Part shown: positions 20,452 through 31,709 of the stretch, one piece after another
How the letters are laid out: the number at the start of each line of letters is the position of its first letter
Position numbering within the stretch: position 1 is the stretch's first letter
Assembly: GCA_943846595.1 (NCBI GenBank)
Contig: OX044355.1
Location: forward strand, 1,788,199-1,852,198
DNA: 64,000 bases
Direction of reading: 5' to 3'
DNA from: an uncultured Polaribacter sp.
Lineage (GTDB): Bacteria; Bacteroidota; Bacteroidia; Flavobacteriales; Flavobacteriaceae
Made by a program: the position numbers and the translations under genes
Notes under the pieces: model-generated
Seen by the model: only the letters and a program-made list of their open reading frames with translations
The model's database searches: none
Told to the model about the DNA's origin: nothing

Positions 20452-20808
20452 CTAATTTTTTCCATGAATTTCAGGATTCCCTTGAGCATCTAATGCAACC
20501 ATTACAATGCGATCTATGGTAAGAATTGTTTTGTGAGTATGGGTATCTCTAACACAACAGGAAAGGGTAATGGAGGTGTTGCCAAACTGCTGTACTTCCA
20601 TACCAATTTCTATAATAGCCCCCAATTGTACAGGATGTACAAAATTAATCGCCCCCATATGCCTAACTGCTGTTCTTGGAGTTTCTAGCTGAATACTCGT
20701 ATAAATCCCGATTTCCTCATCAATCCATGCTAATATTCTTCCTCCGAACAAAGTCCCAGATGGATTTAAATCTTGGGGTTTTACCCAGCGTCTTGTGTCA
20801 AATGTCAT
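20452..20808 (-). CDS. Acyl-CoA thioesterase (hotdog fold)
   Basis: DLNPSGTLFGGRILAWIDE motif. Confidence 0.88.
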   Translation of the reverse strand: MTFDTRRWVKPQDLNPSGTLFGGRILAWIDEEIGIYTSIQLETPRTAVRHMGAINFVHPVQLGAIIEIGMEVQQFGNTSITLSCCVRDTHTHKTILTIDRIVMVALDAQGNPEIHGKN

Positions 20809-20810
20809 TT

Positions 20811-20993
20811 TTATTGTTCTAAGTTGATTGCATTAAAGGTTGTTAATTCCCCATCTTCAAAACGCGTTTCTATTTCTATTGGATTGCAACATGTTTCGCA
20901 ATCTTCTACATAATTTTGATGCGATACACTGGTATCCAATAACATCGAAATTTCTTCCCAGCAATAAGGGCATTGAAAAAAGTATTCTAGCAT
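20811..20993 (-). CDS. CPXCG-motif cysteine-rich protein
   Basis: CPYCWE...YVEDCETCCNPI. Confidence 0.88.
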   Translation of the reverse strand: MLEYFFQCPYCWEEISMLLDTSVSHQNYVEDCETCCNPIEIETRFEDGELTTFNAINLEQ

Positions 20994-20996
20994 TGT

Positions 20997-23024
20997 TTAA
21001 ATTTTTCCATAATATTTTCTTACAAACCATTCAATCGTTAATAGGCTAAGGAGGAGGATTAATAGCCACTTCCAGTCTATTAAAGCCTGTTTTTTGAGCA
21101 CTGTCTTCTGAAGAGTAGCATAATCTTCATTCTCAACATAAGCATCAATCAAACCTATAATCTCTTTGGAATGGTACACCTTCCCTCCTGTGCTCTTGGC
21201 CAGTCGATTCAATTTCGTTGTATTTGCCTTGGTAAATTGTGCTTCTAAGCCTGCTTCTGAAATTGTAAAAACACCGCTACGCATACTTTTCTGGCCCGCG
21301 ACAGTAACGACATACTGGTAATTTCCAGGCACTAAATTTTCTACAACAACTTGAAACGAATTGTGCGCCAAAGAAAAGGGAAACTCTCGTTGTTCTTTTG
21401 TAACGGTATTGGTAACAGAAAACAGCAAAGAAGCTCTCGGATCGAATTGATAATTTTTGTCTGTATAATAAGCAGAAATGCGTATTGGAGCATTGGATAG
21501 ATACAGGCTTTCTAAAGACACTTCCAACCGCTTACGTTTGCTGCTTGAAGCTAAATACTGCACTAAATTGCCTGTAAATTCATCGAAATCTTCAAATGAA
21601 TTATTTTGTAAATAAGAAGCAGCACGCCATTTCCAAATTCCTTCTCCAAAAATAACCGCAGACTTTTGGCTGTTTTGCTCGAATGTTGCCAATAAAGGCT
21701 GTTCGAAGGCAACTCCAAAAACACGTTGTTGTAGTAAAACGTGATTTTCTGTGGATAGCAGTACTTCTCCAAATTGATCTTTTAAGGGTGGAAAATTATT
21801 GAATCCGATATTTTTTTGTAAAAAAGGTTGAAAAGAAAATTGATAATTGGCCGTATAATTTTCTGTTTGCGCGATTGCCTTTTTAGTAAATCCGAGTTGC
21901 TGTTTGTTGAGGAACTCCCAATCTGTACTGACGCCAGAAACTACTAAATAATTGGATTTTAATGTTTTCAATTCTTTGAATAAATAATTAAAGTCATAGT
22001 TTGGTTGATACAATATAAAAAATTGATAATCATTTAATTGAATATCATTATTTTTGATATTAAATACAGCAACACTACGTTGTTTGTTTTTTTCTATGGA
22101 CCGCTTTAAGGCTCCCAAATCGGGATGCAGAACGGCAGAAATCAGCGCTATTTTTGTTTGTGTATCAATCACCTCAATGGAGAAATCTTTAGTGTTGTTC
22201 TGCGTGTTTTTTTCTGTTTCGAAGGCTTCAATAGATGCTTTGTAAAAATTGATTCCTTCTCGGGTAGCCATGAGATTCGTCCGAATTGTTTTTGATTTTT
22301 CTGATGCTGAAAAACGAACTTGTTGTTTGAATAGGGTTTTTCCTTTCTTCTCTATCTGAAACATAGTACTTATTGGATCTATTCCTTCATAAAAAAGATG
22401 CACTTCTACTGGAAACTGATTTTTTAAGTAGCTGTACTTATTGACATTTATTTGACGAATGCGAAGATCAGTATAATTTGCTGTATCCCCCAGTATAATT
22501 GGAGTAATTGGCATATTAGAACTTATATATTCATAGTCATTCCCAGAAGTTTGATTGCCATCTGAAAGGAGTACAAGTTCTCCTATTCTATTCTTATACA
22601 GTTTATTGATTTCAATAATGCTCTCAGAAATTGCTGTTAGTGGCGCATCGAATAGTAAAGAATCTTTTACTTTTACAGAGGTTCCAAAAGAAAAGTAGGC
22701 CAATTCAAATTTAGCATTTAAAGGTCCACTTGTCTCAAGGGCTTCTAAGATGTTTTCTACCTTTTTTTCTTCGTTAAAGACGGCTATGGATGCTGAATTA
22801 TCAATTAGAACGGCTAAAATAGGTTTTGTATTTTCTATCACTTTTTTTTGAACTGCTGGATTGATCAGTAGTAATAGCAACAGAAATAGACTGAGTGCTC
22901 TGAATGAAAACAACAGTATTTTTCTAGAACGCGCGTCTTTTGATCCATAAATGTACTGGTAATAGGCGATCGCCAAACTCAATAGGAATGCAAGCAATAT
23001 AAAAAGCGCGGTAGTTGTTTGCAA
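20997..23024 (-). CDS. VWA-domain membrane protein
   Basis: N-terminal TM helices, LIDNSAS MIDAS, LLSDGNQTSG, C-terminal EWFVRK.YG TM anchor. Confidence 0.82.
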   Translation of the reverse strand: MQTTTALFILLAFLLSLAIAYYQYIYGSKDARSRKILLFSFRALSLFLLLLLLINPAVQKKVIENTKPILAVLIDNSASIAVFNEEKKVENILEALETSGPLNAKFELAYFSFGTSVKVKDSLLFDAPLTAISESIIEINKLYKNRIGELVLLSDGNQTSGNDYEYISSNMPITPIILGDTANYTDLRIRQINVNKYSYLKNQFPVEVHLFYEGIDPISTMFQIEKKGKTLFKQQVRFSASEKSKTIRTNLMATREGINFYKASIEAFETEKNTQNNTKDFSIEVIDTQTKIALISAVLHPDLGALKRSIEKNKQRSVAVFNIKNNDIQLNDYQFFILYQPNYDFNYLFKELKTLKSNYLVVSGVSTDWEFLNKQQLGFTKKAIAQTENYTANYQFSFQPFLQKNIGFNNFPPLKDQFGEVLLSTENHVLLQQRVFGVAFEQPLLATFEQNSQKSAVIFGEGIWKWRAASYLQNNSFEDFDEFTGNLVQYLASSSKRKRLEVSLESLYLSNAPIRISAYYTDKNYQFDPRASLLFSVTNTVTKEQREFPFSLAHNSFQVVVENLVPGNYQYVVTVAGQKSMRSGVFTISEAGLEAQFTKANTTKLNRLAKSTGGKVYHSKEIIGLIDAYVENEDYATLQKTVLKKQALIDWKWLLILLLSLLTIEWFVRKYYGKI

Positions 23025-23069
23025 TGTTTTTATTTTTACGGAAAGATATAAAGAACTATCTAAAAAAAG

Positions 23070-23102
23070 AAAACCTGTAACGTTAAATTGTTACAGGTTT
23101 TT
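23070..23102 (-). terminator. Intrinsic terminator after fabG
   Basis: AAAACCTGTAAC-GTTAAATT-GTTACAGGTTTT. Confidence 0.75.
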
Positions 23103-23123
23103 ATAAGATTAATTTCAAAGCTA

Positions 23124-23870
23124 CTAGGTCATCATACCGCCATCTACAGACAAGGTTTGTCCTGTAATATAAGCACTCATATCTGAAGCTAAGAAAACAC
23201 ATGCATTTGCAATGTCTTGTGGCTTTCCTCCTCTTTTTAATGGAATACCATCTCTCCAGCTTTGTACCACTGCAGCATCTAACTTGTCCGTCATTTCGGT
23301 TTCAATAAAACCAGGTGCAACTACATTGCTGCGTACGTTTCTTGAACCTAATTCTAAAGCTACAGATTTAGAAAAACCAATAATACCTGCCTTCGAGGCT
23401 GCATAATTGGCTTGTCCTGCATTTCCTTTTAAACCTACAATAGAACTCATATTAATAATAGATCCCGCACGTTGCTTCATCATTGGACGAATTACTGCTT
23501 TTGTAAGATTAAAAACAGATTTTAAGTTGACTTCAATTACGCTATCAAAATCATCTTCTGAGATCCGCATTAACAAATTGTCTTTGGTAATTCCTGCATT
23601 GTTTACCAAAATATCAATCGCACCAAATTCTTTTAAAACTTCTTTAGCCAATTCTTGCGCTGCATCAAAATCTGCTGCGTTGGATTGATAGCCTTTTGCA
23701 GCAACTCCAAAAGCTTTTAATTCTGTTTCTAATGCTTCTGCAGCTGCTACAGACGAACTATAGGTAAAAGCAATATTGGCACCTTGTTTTGCAAATTCAA
23801 TAGCAATACCACGTCCAATACCTCTTGTAGCGCCCGTGATAATTGCTGATTTGTTTTCTAATAATTTCAT
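23124..23870 (-). CDS. fabG: 3-oxoacyl-ACP reductase
   Basis: TGATRGIG, NNAGITKD, YAASK, VAPGFIETEMT. Confidence 0.95.
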   Translation of the reverse strand: MKLLENKSAIITGATRGIGRGIAIEFAKQGANIAFTYSSSVAAAEALETELKAFGVAAKGYQSNAADFDAAQELAKEVLKEFGAIDILVNNAGITKDNLLMRISEDDFDSVIEVNLKSVFNLTKAVIRPMMKQRAGSIINMSSIVGLKGNAGQANYAASKAGIIGFSKSVALELGSRNVRSNVVAPGFIETEMTDKLDAAVVQSWRDGIPLKRGGKPQDIANACVFLASDMSAYITGQTLSVDGGMMT

Positions 23871-23948
23871 ATCAATAGGATTTAAGTAGTTGATAATTAA
23901 ATGAAAATTCCCACTAACTAAGCGGGAATCTACTATTTATTTTGAGTA

Positions 23949-23969
23949 GTTCTCGATGCTGCTCGAACT
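23949..23969. repeat. Short REP-like palindromic element
   Basis: GTTCTCGA-TGCTGC-TCGAACT; reverse complement AGTTCGAGCAGCATCGAGAAC resembles, from memory, flavobacterial GTTCGAG...TCGAGAAC intergenic repeats; single copy here. Confidence 0.4.
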
Positions 23970-23981
23970 TATATTGAATCT

Positions 23982-24854
23982 TTATTTTAAAACTTTAGCA
24001 ACCATTTCTCCAATTTTTGCAGGAGAACTCACAACATGTACACCGTTTTCTGCCAAAATTTTCATTTTCGCTTGTGCCGTATCATCTGCACCTCCTACAA
24101 TGGCTCCAGCATGTCCCATTGTTCTACCAGCAGGAGCGGTTTGCCCAGCGATAAAACCTACAACTGGCTTTCTATTCCCATCTGCTTTGATCCATTGTGC
24201 TGCTTCAGCTTCTAAATTTCCACCAATTTCACCAATCATTACAATCGCTTCTGTTTCGGGGTCGTTCATTAACATTTCTACAGCTTCTTTGGTGGTCGTT
24301 CCTATAATTGGATCACCTCCAATACCAATGGCAGTGGTAATACCAAAACCTTGTTTTACAACTTGATCGGCAGCTTCATAGGTTAGTGTTCCAGATTTAG
24401 AAACAATCCCTACTTTTCCTTTCTTGAAGATAAAACCTGGCATAATACCCACTTTAGCCTCTTCTGGAGTAATAACTCCTGGACAGTTAGGACCAATTAA
24501 TGTACAGTCTTTTGCATCGATATAGGCTTTTACTTTTACCATATCTGCAGTAGGAATTCCTTCCGTTATACATATAATCACCTTGATTCCTGCATCGGCA
24601 GATTCCATAATGGCATCCGCAGCAAATGCTGGTGGTACAAATATAATTGATGTATCTGCTCCAACGTTCTTTACAGCTTCTACAACCGTATTGAAAACGG
24701 GTTTGTCTAAATGCTTTTGACCTCCTTTACCTGGAGTTACACCACCAACAACGTTGGTTCCGTAGTCAATCATTTGACCGGCATGAAAGGTACCTTCACT
24801 ACCTGTAAAACCTTGAACAATAATTTTTGAATTCTTATTTACTAAAACACTCAT
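23982..24854 (-). CDS. sucD: Succinyl-CoA synthetase alpha subunit
   Basis: [39 protein letters not shown]. Confidence 0.97.
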   Translation of the reverse strand: MSVLVNKNSKIIVQGFTGSEGTFHAGQMIDYGTNVVGGVTPGKGGQKHLDKPVFNTVVEAVKNVGADTSIIFVPPAFAADAIMESADAGIKVIICITEGIPTADMVKVKAYIDAKDCTLIGPNCPGVITPEEAKVGIMPGFIFKKGKVGIVSKSGTLTYEAADQVVKQGFGITTAIGIGGDPIIGTTTKEAVEMLMNDPETEAIVMIGEIGGNLEAEAAQWIKADGNRKPVVGFIAGQTAPAGRTMGHAGAIVGGADDTAQAKMKILAENGVHVVSSPAKIGEMVAKVLK

Positions 24855-24918
24855 TGGTTTATTTTTTGTTTTTTTACTGCCGCAAAAATAGTTTATTGTA
24901 GGTTTTAAAAAAAGAATT

Positions 24919-25845
24919 TTAAGAATTCTTTCGCCCTTTTAAAAAACGTTTCATTGCTGCCATTTCTTTTAGTTTTTCTCTTGATTCTGCCACAGGGGTC
25001 CCAAAGTAAGATTTCCCTCCATCTACAGATTTTGTAACGCCTGTTTGTCCCAGTATTACTGCTCCTTTACCAATTGTAATTCCACTATTTGTACCTACTT
25101 GCCCCCAAAGAGTTACTTCATCTTCAATAATTACACAGCCTGCTATTCCTGTTTGTGATGCTATCAGACACTTTTTTCCAATCACAGTATCATGTCCAAT
25201 ATGTACTTGATTGTCTATTTTTGTTCCTCGGCCAATAGTGGTTGCTCCAGTAACTCCTCGATCTATCGTACAAGACGCGCCTAAATCTACATGATCTTCC
25301 AAAACAACATTTCCTCCAGAAAGCAACTTATCAAATCCTTCGGGTCTGTTTTTGTAATAAAAGGCATCGGCACCTAAAACAGTATTTGCATGAATGGTTA
25401 CATGATTTCCAATGATCGTATTGTCGTAAATAGCTACATTTGGGTGAATTACACAATGACTTCCTATGGATACATTGTTTCCAATAAAAACATTGGGTTG
25501 AATACGAGTTCCCTCTCCTATGCTTGCACTTGCGGCTATACTTGCGGTTGCGGCTATGAATGGGTTGAAATGATGGGTCAGCTTGTTGAAGTCTCGAAAA
25601 GGATCTTCAGAGATCAGCAAAGCTTTGCCTGCTGGGCATTCCACCTTTTTATTGATTAATATCGTTGTTGCTGCTGAATTTAGCGCTTTGGCATAATATT
25701 TTGGATGATCTACAAAAACAAGATCTCCTTTTTTGACAACGTGAATTTCGTTGATACCAGCTATCGGGAAATTTGCGGCTCCTACATATTCACATTGAAT
25801 AATTTGAGCAATTTCTTTTAAAGAATGTGTGTGTTTAAAGTCCAA
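24919..25845 (-). CDS. lpxD: LpxD-like acyltransferase, second paralog
   Basis: LpxD N-terminal domain, hexapeptide repeats, [12 protein letters not shown]. Confidence 0.88.
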   Translation of the reverse strand: MDFKHTHSLKEIAQIIQCEYVGAANFPIAGINEIHVVKKGDLVFVDHPKYYAKALNSAATTILINKKVECPAGKALLISEDPFRDFNKLTHHFNPFIAATASIAASASIGEGTRIQPNVFIGNNVSIGSHCVIHPNVAIYDNTIIGNHVTIHANTVLGADAFYYKNRPEGFDKLLSGGNVVLEDHVDLGASCTIDRGVTGATTIGRGTKIDNQVHIGHDTVIGKKCLIASQTGIAGCVIIEDEVTLWGQVGTNSGITIGKGAVILGQTGVTKSVDGGKSYFGTPVAESREKLKEMAAMKRFLKGRKNS

Positions 25846-26436
25846 TTAGTTGATGAGTGTAAATGATTTCTGAATTGTTTTCATCGTGTTTTCGTATTTT
25901 TGATATCGCTCTTTCAAAGTCCAAGTCATCACCATATACATCTTTTGATTGCTTTCTATAAATCCTAACAAATACCCAATTTCGATACCATCGGGTACCA
26001 AAATCCCGTGCAATTCATAATGTTTGGTTGAAAGATTTTTGATTTTAATAGGGACAATATTATTCCTCGAATTCACTAAGCTTTCTTTGATACTTTTCAT
26101 TTGAAAATCGGCATAATTTTCTAAGGGTGTTTTGCTCTCATCATACATTTCTAATTCTTGAAAAAGAGAGATAAACTTTTGCTTACTCTCATCAAGAACA
26201 ACAACATAAACTTCTTTATAAATATTTGCATATTCAAAAGATGCTTCATCATGTAAGGCTTTCATCTCCTTCAAATATTTCGGAATGTCTAAACGATAAT
26301 CGTCGTTAGTAGCAACGGCCTTATAATCTTCGCTCGATAATTTTTCGATGCCTAACGAACCTACTGAACTTATGATTTTTCTACAGGAAGTGAGTGACAA
26401 ACTAAGAAACAATACTATAAATAGCGTTTTCTTCAT
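25846..26436 (-). CDS. Hypothetical lipoprotein
   Basis: Lipobox LTSC; 196 aa ORF filling the gap between efp and lpxD2. Confidence 0.7.
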   Translation of the reverse strand: MKKTLFIVLFLSLSLTSCRKIISSVGSLGIEKLSSEDYKAVATNDDYRLDIPKYLKEMKALHDEASFEYANIYKEVYVVVLDESKQKFISLFQELEMYDESKTPLENYADFQMKSIKESLVNSRNNIVPIKIKNLSTKHYELHGILVPDGIEIGYLLGFIESNQKMYMVMTWTLKERYQKYENTMKTIQKSFTLIN

Positions 26437-26456
26437 AATTTAGATTTTAAAAAACA

Positions 26457-27023
26457 CTATTCTTTGATTCTTTCTTGATAGGTCCCTTTGGTTGTTTCAA
26501 CTTTAATTTTATCTCCTTCATTGATAAACAAAGGCACATTTACAATTGCACCCGTTTCTACCGTTGCAGGTTTGGTAGCATTGGTTGCAGTATTTCCTTT
26601 GACACCGGGCTCGGTATGTGTTACTTCCAACTCTACACTTGCTGGTAGATCAACAGATAAGGGCATGTCGTCTTCTGCATTAATAATGATGGTTACAATT
26701 TGTCCTTCTTTCATTAAATCAGGAGAATCCAAGGCCGATTTTTCCAATTGTATTTGGGAATAATCTTGTTCATTCATAAAATGATAGGTTTCCCCTTCAT
26801 TATATAAATATTGAAACTTATGCGTTTCTACTCGTATGTCTTCAATTTTTCTTCCTGCTGGAAATGTATTATCTATGACTTTTCCATTGGTAACACTTTT
26901 TAATTTTGTTCTAACAAACGCAGGTCCTTTTCCAGGTTTTACGTGTAGAAATTCAATTATTTTATAAATATCGTTGTTGTATCGAATACACAATCCGTTT
27001 CTAATATCTGATGTTGATGCCAT
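26457..27023 (-). CDS. efp: Elongation factor P
   Basis: HVKPGKGPAFVRTKLK, PGVKGNTAT, VPLFINEGD. Confidence 0.97.
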   Translation of the reverse strand: MASTSDIRNGLCIRYNNDIYKIIEFLHVKPGKGPAFVRTKLKSVTNGKVIDNTFPAGRKIEDIRVETHKFQYLYNEGETYHFMNEQDYSQIQLEKSALDSPDLMKEGQIVTIIINAEDDMPLSVDLPASVELEVTHTEPGVKGNTATNATKPATVETGAIVNVPLFINEGDKIKVETTKGTYQERIKE

Positions 27024-27095
27024 ATTGTTGTTTGTTTTTTTAAATCCACGAGGGGTTTTTTCGATTAAATATTCTCTAAAGACTTTTTTGATTCT

Positions 27096-27878
27096 TTAGC
27101 TTCCTAAATATCCTTTCATAATTCCTCGTTGGGAATTTCGAATAAATAAGATGATTTCATCTCTTTCTGGAGTTGCCTCCATTTCTGCTTCAATTTTCTC
27201 TAAAGCTTGTGTGTTGTTGTATTTACTTTGATACAAAATCCTATAAATGTTCTGAATTTCTCTAATTTTCCCAGTACTAAACCCTCTTCGTCTTAATCCA
27301 ATGGAATTGATTCCAACATAAGAAAGTGGTTCTTTTCCTGCTTTGGTAAATGGGGGAACATCTTTTCGAACTAGAGAACCTCCGGAAACCATTGCGTGGT
27401 CTCCAATATGTATAAATTGATGTACTGCTGCCAATCCTCCAATAATTGCGTGTTCACCAATAATGACATGGCCTCCTAAAGCAACTCCATTTACAACAAT
27501 CGAATTATCTCCCAATACACAATCGTGGGCAATGTGGGCAGTTGCCATAATCAAACAGTTTTCACCAATGGATGTTTTACCAGATGCATTGGTTCCTCTG
27601 TTAATGGTTACACATTCTCTAATAGTCGTATTGTCACCAATAACCGTTAAAGAATCTTCTCCCTCAAATTTTAAATCTTGTGGAATTGCAGAAATAACTG
27701 CTCCTGGAAATATTCTACAATCTTTTCCAATTCGTGCACCTTCCATGATGGTTACATTGGATCCGATCCAAGTTCCAGAACCAATTATTACATTGTTATG
27801 AATTGTGGTAAAAGGCTCTATTACTACATTTCGAGCTATTTTTGCTTGCGGATGTACGTAGGCTAATGGTTGATTCAT
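27096..27878 (-). CDS. lpxA: UDP-N-acetylglucosamine O-acyltransferase
   Basis: Hexapeptide repeats, PQDLKF, IRECVTINRGT, HIAHDC, VHQF, INSIGLRRRGF. Confidence 0.96.
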   Translation of the reverse strand: MNQPLAYVHPQAKIARNVVIEPFTTIHNNVIIGSGTWIGSNVTIMEGARIGKDCRIFPGAVISAIPQDLKFEGEDSLTVIGDNTTIRECVTINRGTNASGKTSIGENCLIMATAHIAHDCVLGDNSIVVNGVALGGHVIIGEHAIIGGLAAVHQFIHIGDHAMVSGGSLVRKDVPPFTKAGKEPLSYVGINSIGLRRRGFSTGKIREIQNIYRILYQSKYNNTQALEKIEAEMEATPERDEIILFIRNSQRGIMKGYLGS

Positions 27879-27881
27879 GTA

Positions 27882-29273
27882 TTATTTAATTTTAGAAATT
27901 TGTGCCATTAATTCTGCTTCTGCAACCACTTTTCCGTTTGCATAGGCATAGGCTTGCATATGACAGATACCTCTTCTAATCGGTGTTATTAAGTCGCATT
28001 TAAAAATGAGCGTATCTCCTGGCAACACTTTTTGTTTGAACTTCACATTGTTCATTTTCATGAAAAAAGTTAAATAATTTTCTGGATCGGAAACGGTACT
28101 GAGCACCAAAATACCTCCACATTGCGCCATTGCTTCTACTTGCAGTACACCTGGCATTACTGGTGATCCCGGAAAATGGCCAACAAAGAAATCTTCATTC
28201 ATTGTTACATTTTTCATTCCAACGACGTGTGTTGGTGAAAGTTCTAAAACACGATCTACCAATAAAAAGGGAGGTCTGTGTGGCAAAATTTCCATGATTT
28301 GGTGAATGTCTAACAATGGTGGCTGATTTAAATCATATTGTGGCACCTTGTTTCTTTTCTCTACTTTAATAATCTGAGCTAATTTTTTTGCAAACTGAGT
28401 GTTTACTTGGTGTCCTGGTTTGTTTGCGATGATTTTCCCTCTAATTCTTGTACCTACAAGAGCTAAATCTCCAATTACATCCAAAAGCTTGTGTCTAGCC
28501 GCTTCGTTTGCCCAATGCAATTTTAAGTTGTCTAAAATACCATTTGATTGCACCGAAATTTCTTCTTTATTAAATGCTTTTTTTAATTTTTGCATTGTAC
28601 TATCAGACAGTTCTTTATCGACGTAAACAATGGCATTATTTAAATCACCACCTTTTATTAAATCATTTTCTAGGAGCATTTCTATTTCGTGCAAAAAACT
28701 AAATGTTCTTGCTGCTGCTATTTCTTCTTTAAAATCTGAAATTTTCTCTAATGTCGCATTTTGAGTTCCTAATATTTTAGTGCCAAAATCTACCATCGCG
28801 GTTACTTGATACTCTTCTGATGGCATTAACATAATCTCACTCCCAGTTACTTCATCTTTGTAAGAAATGACTTCTTTTACAATGTATTCTTCAATTTCTT
28901 CTTCCAATTCTATGATTCCTGCTTCTTCTAATGCAGCTACAAAAAATTGTGAAGAACCATCCATAATTGGGGGTTCTGAAGCATCCATTTCAATCAAAAG
29001 ATTTTCAATATCTAAACCAACAGCTGCTGCTAAGACATGTTCTGATGTTTGTATTTCAACACCATTCTTTTTTAAATTAGTACCTCGTTGTGTATTGACA
29101 ACATATTCTGCTTTTGCTTCTACAGTTGGGGTTCCTTCTAAATCCATACGAACAAACGCAAATCCATGATTTGCAGGCGCTGGTTTAAATGTCATATTCA
29201 CAGTAACTCCTGTGTGCAAGCCTACTCCTGAAAGTGATATTTCTTTTTGAATAGTTTTTTGTTTTTTACCCAT
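27882..29273 (-). CDS. lpxC: Bifunctional LpxC deacetylase / FabZ dehydratase
   Basis: [23 protein letters not shown] followed by [31 protein letters not shown]. Confidence 0.96.
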   Translation of the reverse strand: MGKKQKTIQKEISLSGVGLHTGVTVNMTFKPAPANHGFAFVRMDLEGTPTVEAKAEYVVNTQRGTNLKKNGVEIQTSEHVLAAAVGLDIENLLIEMDASEPPIMDGSSQFFVAALEEAGIIELEEEIEEYIVKEVISYKDEVTGSEIMLMPSEEYQVTAMVDFGTKILGTQNATLEKISDFKEEIAAARTFSFLHEIEMLLENDLIKGGDLNNAIVYVDKELSDSTMQKLKKAFNKEEISVQSNGILDNLKLHWANEAARHKLLDVIGDLALVGTRIRGKIIANKPGHQVNTQFAKKLAQIIKVEKRNKVPQYDLNQPPLLDIHQIMEILPHRPPFLLVDRVLELSPTHVVGMKNVTMNEDFFVGHFPGSPVMPGVLQVEAMAQCGGILVLSTVSDPENYLTFFMKMNNVKFKQKVLPGDTLIFKCDLITPIRRGICHMQAYAYANGKVVAEAELMAQISKIK

Positions 29274-30309
29274 TTTTTTTTGTTTTTTGAGCTTTCAACT
29301 CTTTTTCGATTGTATCCATTTTTATTGCCAATTGGGGTAAATTTTTAAAATAAACATAGCTTTTATTATAGTCTTTCGCATTAAAAGCAGGAATCCCATT
29401 CACAATGCTATTGTCTTTTATATTTTTGGTAATACCAGCCTTTGCTAATACTTTTACATGATCGCCTATGGACAAATGACCTGAAATACCTACTTGTCCA
29501 CCAATCATACAATTGGCGCCAATTTTAGTAGATCCAGCTATGCCTGTTTGAGATGCTATAACGGTGTTTTTTCCAATTACTACATTATGAGCAACTTGAA
29601 CCTGATTGTCTATCTTCACACCTTTTCTAATAATTGTTGATCCAAGAGTTGCTCTGTCTATGGTTGCACCTGCACCAATATCTACTTGATCTTCTATAAT
29701 TACATTTCCAATTTGTGGGACTGCCTGATATGCTCCATTTTCATCAGGTGCAAAACCAAAACCATCTGCACCAATAATAGCTCCTGCATGAATTTTGCAG
29801 TTTTTTCCAATAAGGGTATCGGAGTATATTCTTACACCAGCAAAAAGGGTGCAATTATTGTCAATAATTGAATTGTCACCTATATAAACATTGGGATAAA
29901 TCTTTACATTATTACCAATTTTTACATCATTTCCAATATAGGAAAATGCACCGATATATTCATCAGATCCAATGGTTGCAGATTCAGAAATATAATGTGG
30001 AGACTCTCTTCCAGTCTTATTATTTTTTACAGTATTATAAAACGCCAATAATTTTGAAAACGATTCATAGGCATTTTCTACTTTAATCAAAGTAGCACTT
30101 ACTTCTCTCTCTGGAATGAAACTCTTATTAACAATAACAATGGAGGCATTGGTCTCATATAGATAGGAGTTGTATTTTGGATTTGACAAAAAAGTCAAAG
30201 AGCCTATTTCTCCTTCTTCTATTTTAGATAATTTTGAAACTTCTTTTGCCGGATTTCCAACAACTTCTCCTTCTAATATCTCCGCTATTTGCTCGGCTGT
30301 AAATTTCAT
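29266..30309 (-). CDS. lpxD: UDP-3-O-acylglucosamine N-acyltransferase
   Basis: Start MKFTAEQIA; [27 protein letters not shown]. Confidence 0.95.
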   Translation of the reverse strand: MKFTAEQIAEILEGEVVGNPAKEVSKLSKIEEGEIGSLTFLSNPKYNSYLYETNASIVIVNKSFIPEREVSATLIKVENAYESFSKLLAFYNTVKNNKTGRESPHYISESATIGSDEYIGAFSYIGNDVKIGNNVKIYPNVYIGDNSIIDNNCTLFAGVRIYSDTLIGKNCKIHAGAIIGADGFGFAPDENGAYQAVPQIGNVIIEDQVDIGAGATIDRATLGSTIIRKGVKIDNQVQVAHNVVIGKNTVIASQTGIAGSTKIGANCMIGGQVGISGHLSIGDHVKVLAKAGITKNIKDNSIVNGIPAFNAKDYNKSYVYFKNLPQLAIKMDTIEKELKAQKTKKNG

Positions 30310-30332
30310 AAGGTGCAAAAATATAAAATTTC

Positions 30333-31568
30333 TTAGGATTGCGCTAATTTCATTTGCTTTGGATAGCAAACAAAGTGTTTAATTACGGGTTTGCTTAATG
30401 CTTGTAAATTTAATTGGTCGGATGCTTTTGCAATATCTTTTAATTCTCCATTTTTATTTAAAATTTTAATGGGCATTGACGGATTGTAAGCCTGATTTTG
30501 GATTTGCTTTTGAAATACGAAATAACGGGCTTCACTATCTGATAAATTCATCGTCGATTTTAGTTCAGAAATTTTAACATTAATATCCGCCTCAGAAAAA
30601 TGCGCTTGTTGGATTTCAACTTTTAATAAATTTCGATCAACTATCATTTTCGACAATAAAGAAAGTACTTTGTCTGAACTGTCTGTCCATTCTTTAATGG
30701 CAGATAGAATATCATAATCATCTAACTTTGAAAATATTTCTAATGTTTCATTTGTAAAGTTTTCTTTTGTAATCTTCGTCGTCAAAAAATAGGTCAATGC
30801 GTTGCTTGCAAACAAGTGCTCGCCTTTTTGAGTCAATTCTTTTGCTCTTCTTAAAACATTTACCAGCATGTTCTCTGCAGACAGCCCCGTTTTATGTAAA
30901 TACACTTGCCAATACATTAGCCTACGTGCAATTAGAAATTTCTCAACAGAATAAATTCCTTTTTGTTCGATGACCAACTCGTCATTTACCACATGAATCA
31001 TTGCAATTAATCTTTCCGAGGAAATATTCCCTTCGGCAACCCCTGTATAAAAGCTATCTCTTTTTAAATAATCCAACCGATCAATATCTAATTGACTGGA
31101 AATTAACTGATTTAGGAATTTACGAGGATACTTTCCTTCGAAAACACGGATTGCCATTGTAAGTTGACCGTTAAATTCTGTATCCAATTTTTTCATGAAT
31201 TTTAGCGATATTTCTTCATGAGAAATACCCTCAACAATACTATGTTCCAATGCATGAGAAAAAGCACCATGGCCAATATCATGTAACAATATGGCAATAT
31301 ATAGAGCATTTGCTTCCTCATTAGAAATTTCAATTTCTTTGAAACGCAATACTTGTACTGCTTTTTGCATTAGATGCAAACAACCAATTGCATGATGAAA
31401 ACGGGTGTGATTTGCCCCAGGGTACACCATGTTGGAAAAGCCCATTTGAGAAACTCTTCGCAATCTTTGAAAATAGGGATGCTCTATAATGTCGAATATT
31501 AATGAATTCGGAATGTTCGTAAATCCGTAAATAGGATCGTTTAAAATTTTTAATTTATTTGATTTCAA
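30333..31568 (-). CDS. HD-domain phosphohydrolase (dNTP triphosphohydrolase-like)
   Basis: [45 protein letters not shown]; probable TTG start at 31568. Confidence 0.9.
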   Translation of the reverse strand: MKSNKLKILNDPIYGFTNIPNSLIFDIIEHPYFQRLRRVSQMGFSNMVYPGANHTRFHHAIGCLHLMQKAVQVLRFKEIEISNEEANALYIAILLHDIGHGAFSHALEHSIVEGISHEEISLKFMKKLDTEFNGQLTMAIRVFEGKYPRKFLNQLISSQLDIDRLDYLKRDSFYTGVAEGNISSERLIAMIHVVNDELVIEQKGIYSVEKFLIARRLMYWQVYLHKTGLSAENMLVNVLRRAKELTQKGEHLFASNALTYFLTTKITKENFTNETLEIFSKLDDYDILSAIKEWTDSSDKVLSLLSKMIVDRNLLKVEIQQAHFSEADINVKISELKSTMNLSDSEARYFVFQKQIQNQAYNPSMPIKILNKNGELKDIAKASDQLNLQALSKPVIKHFVCYPKQMKLAQS

Positions 31569-31709
31569 TATTTTAATTCGATTGATTCTACGGCAAAATA
31601 CAAACAATTGTTTAGAACTTAATTTTATTGGCAATATTTTATCATTTTAAAGCCGAGAAACCTGTAACAATTGAATACTTTTATCGTTAGAGTTTTAAAT
31701 TGATAGCTT

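Noticed and set aside
23956-24366. 136-aa plus-strand ORF antisense to sucD (and similar shadow ORFs over clpB, lpxA, ald, hisF, hisD)
   Set aside because: Antisense shadows of strongly conserved genes, with no motifs or independent expression signals
25520-25560. Short tandem-like GCGGCTAT/CTTGCGG repeats
   Set aside because: They encode the hexapeptide repeat region ([14 protein letters not shown]) of the LpxD paralog
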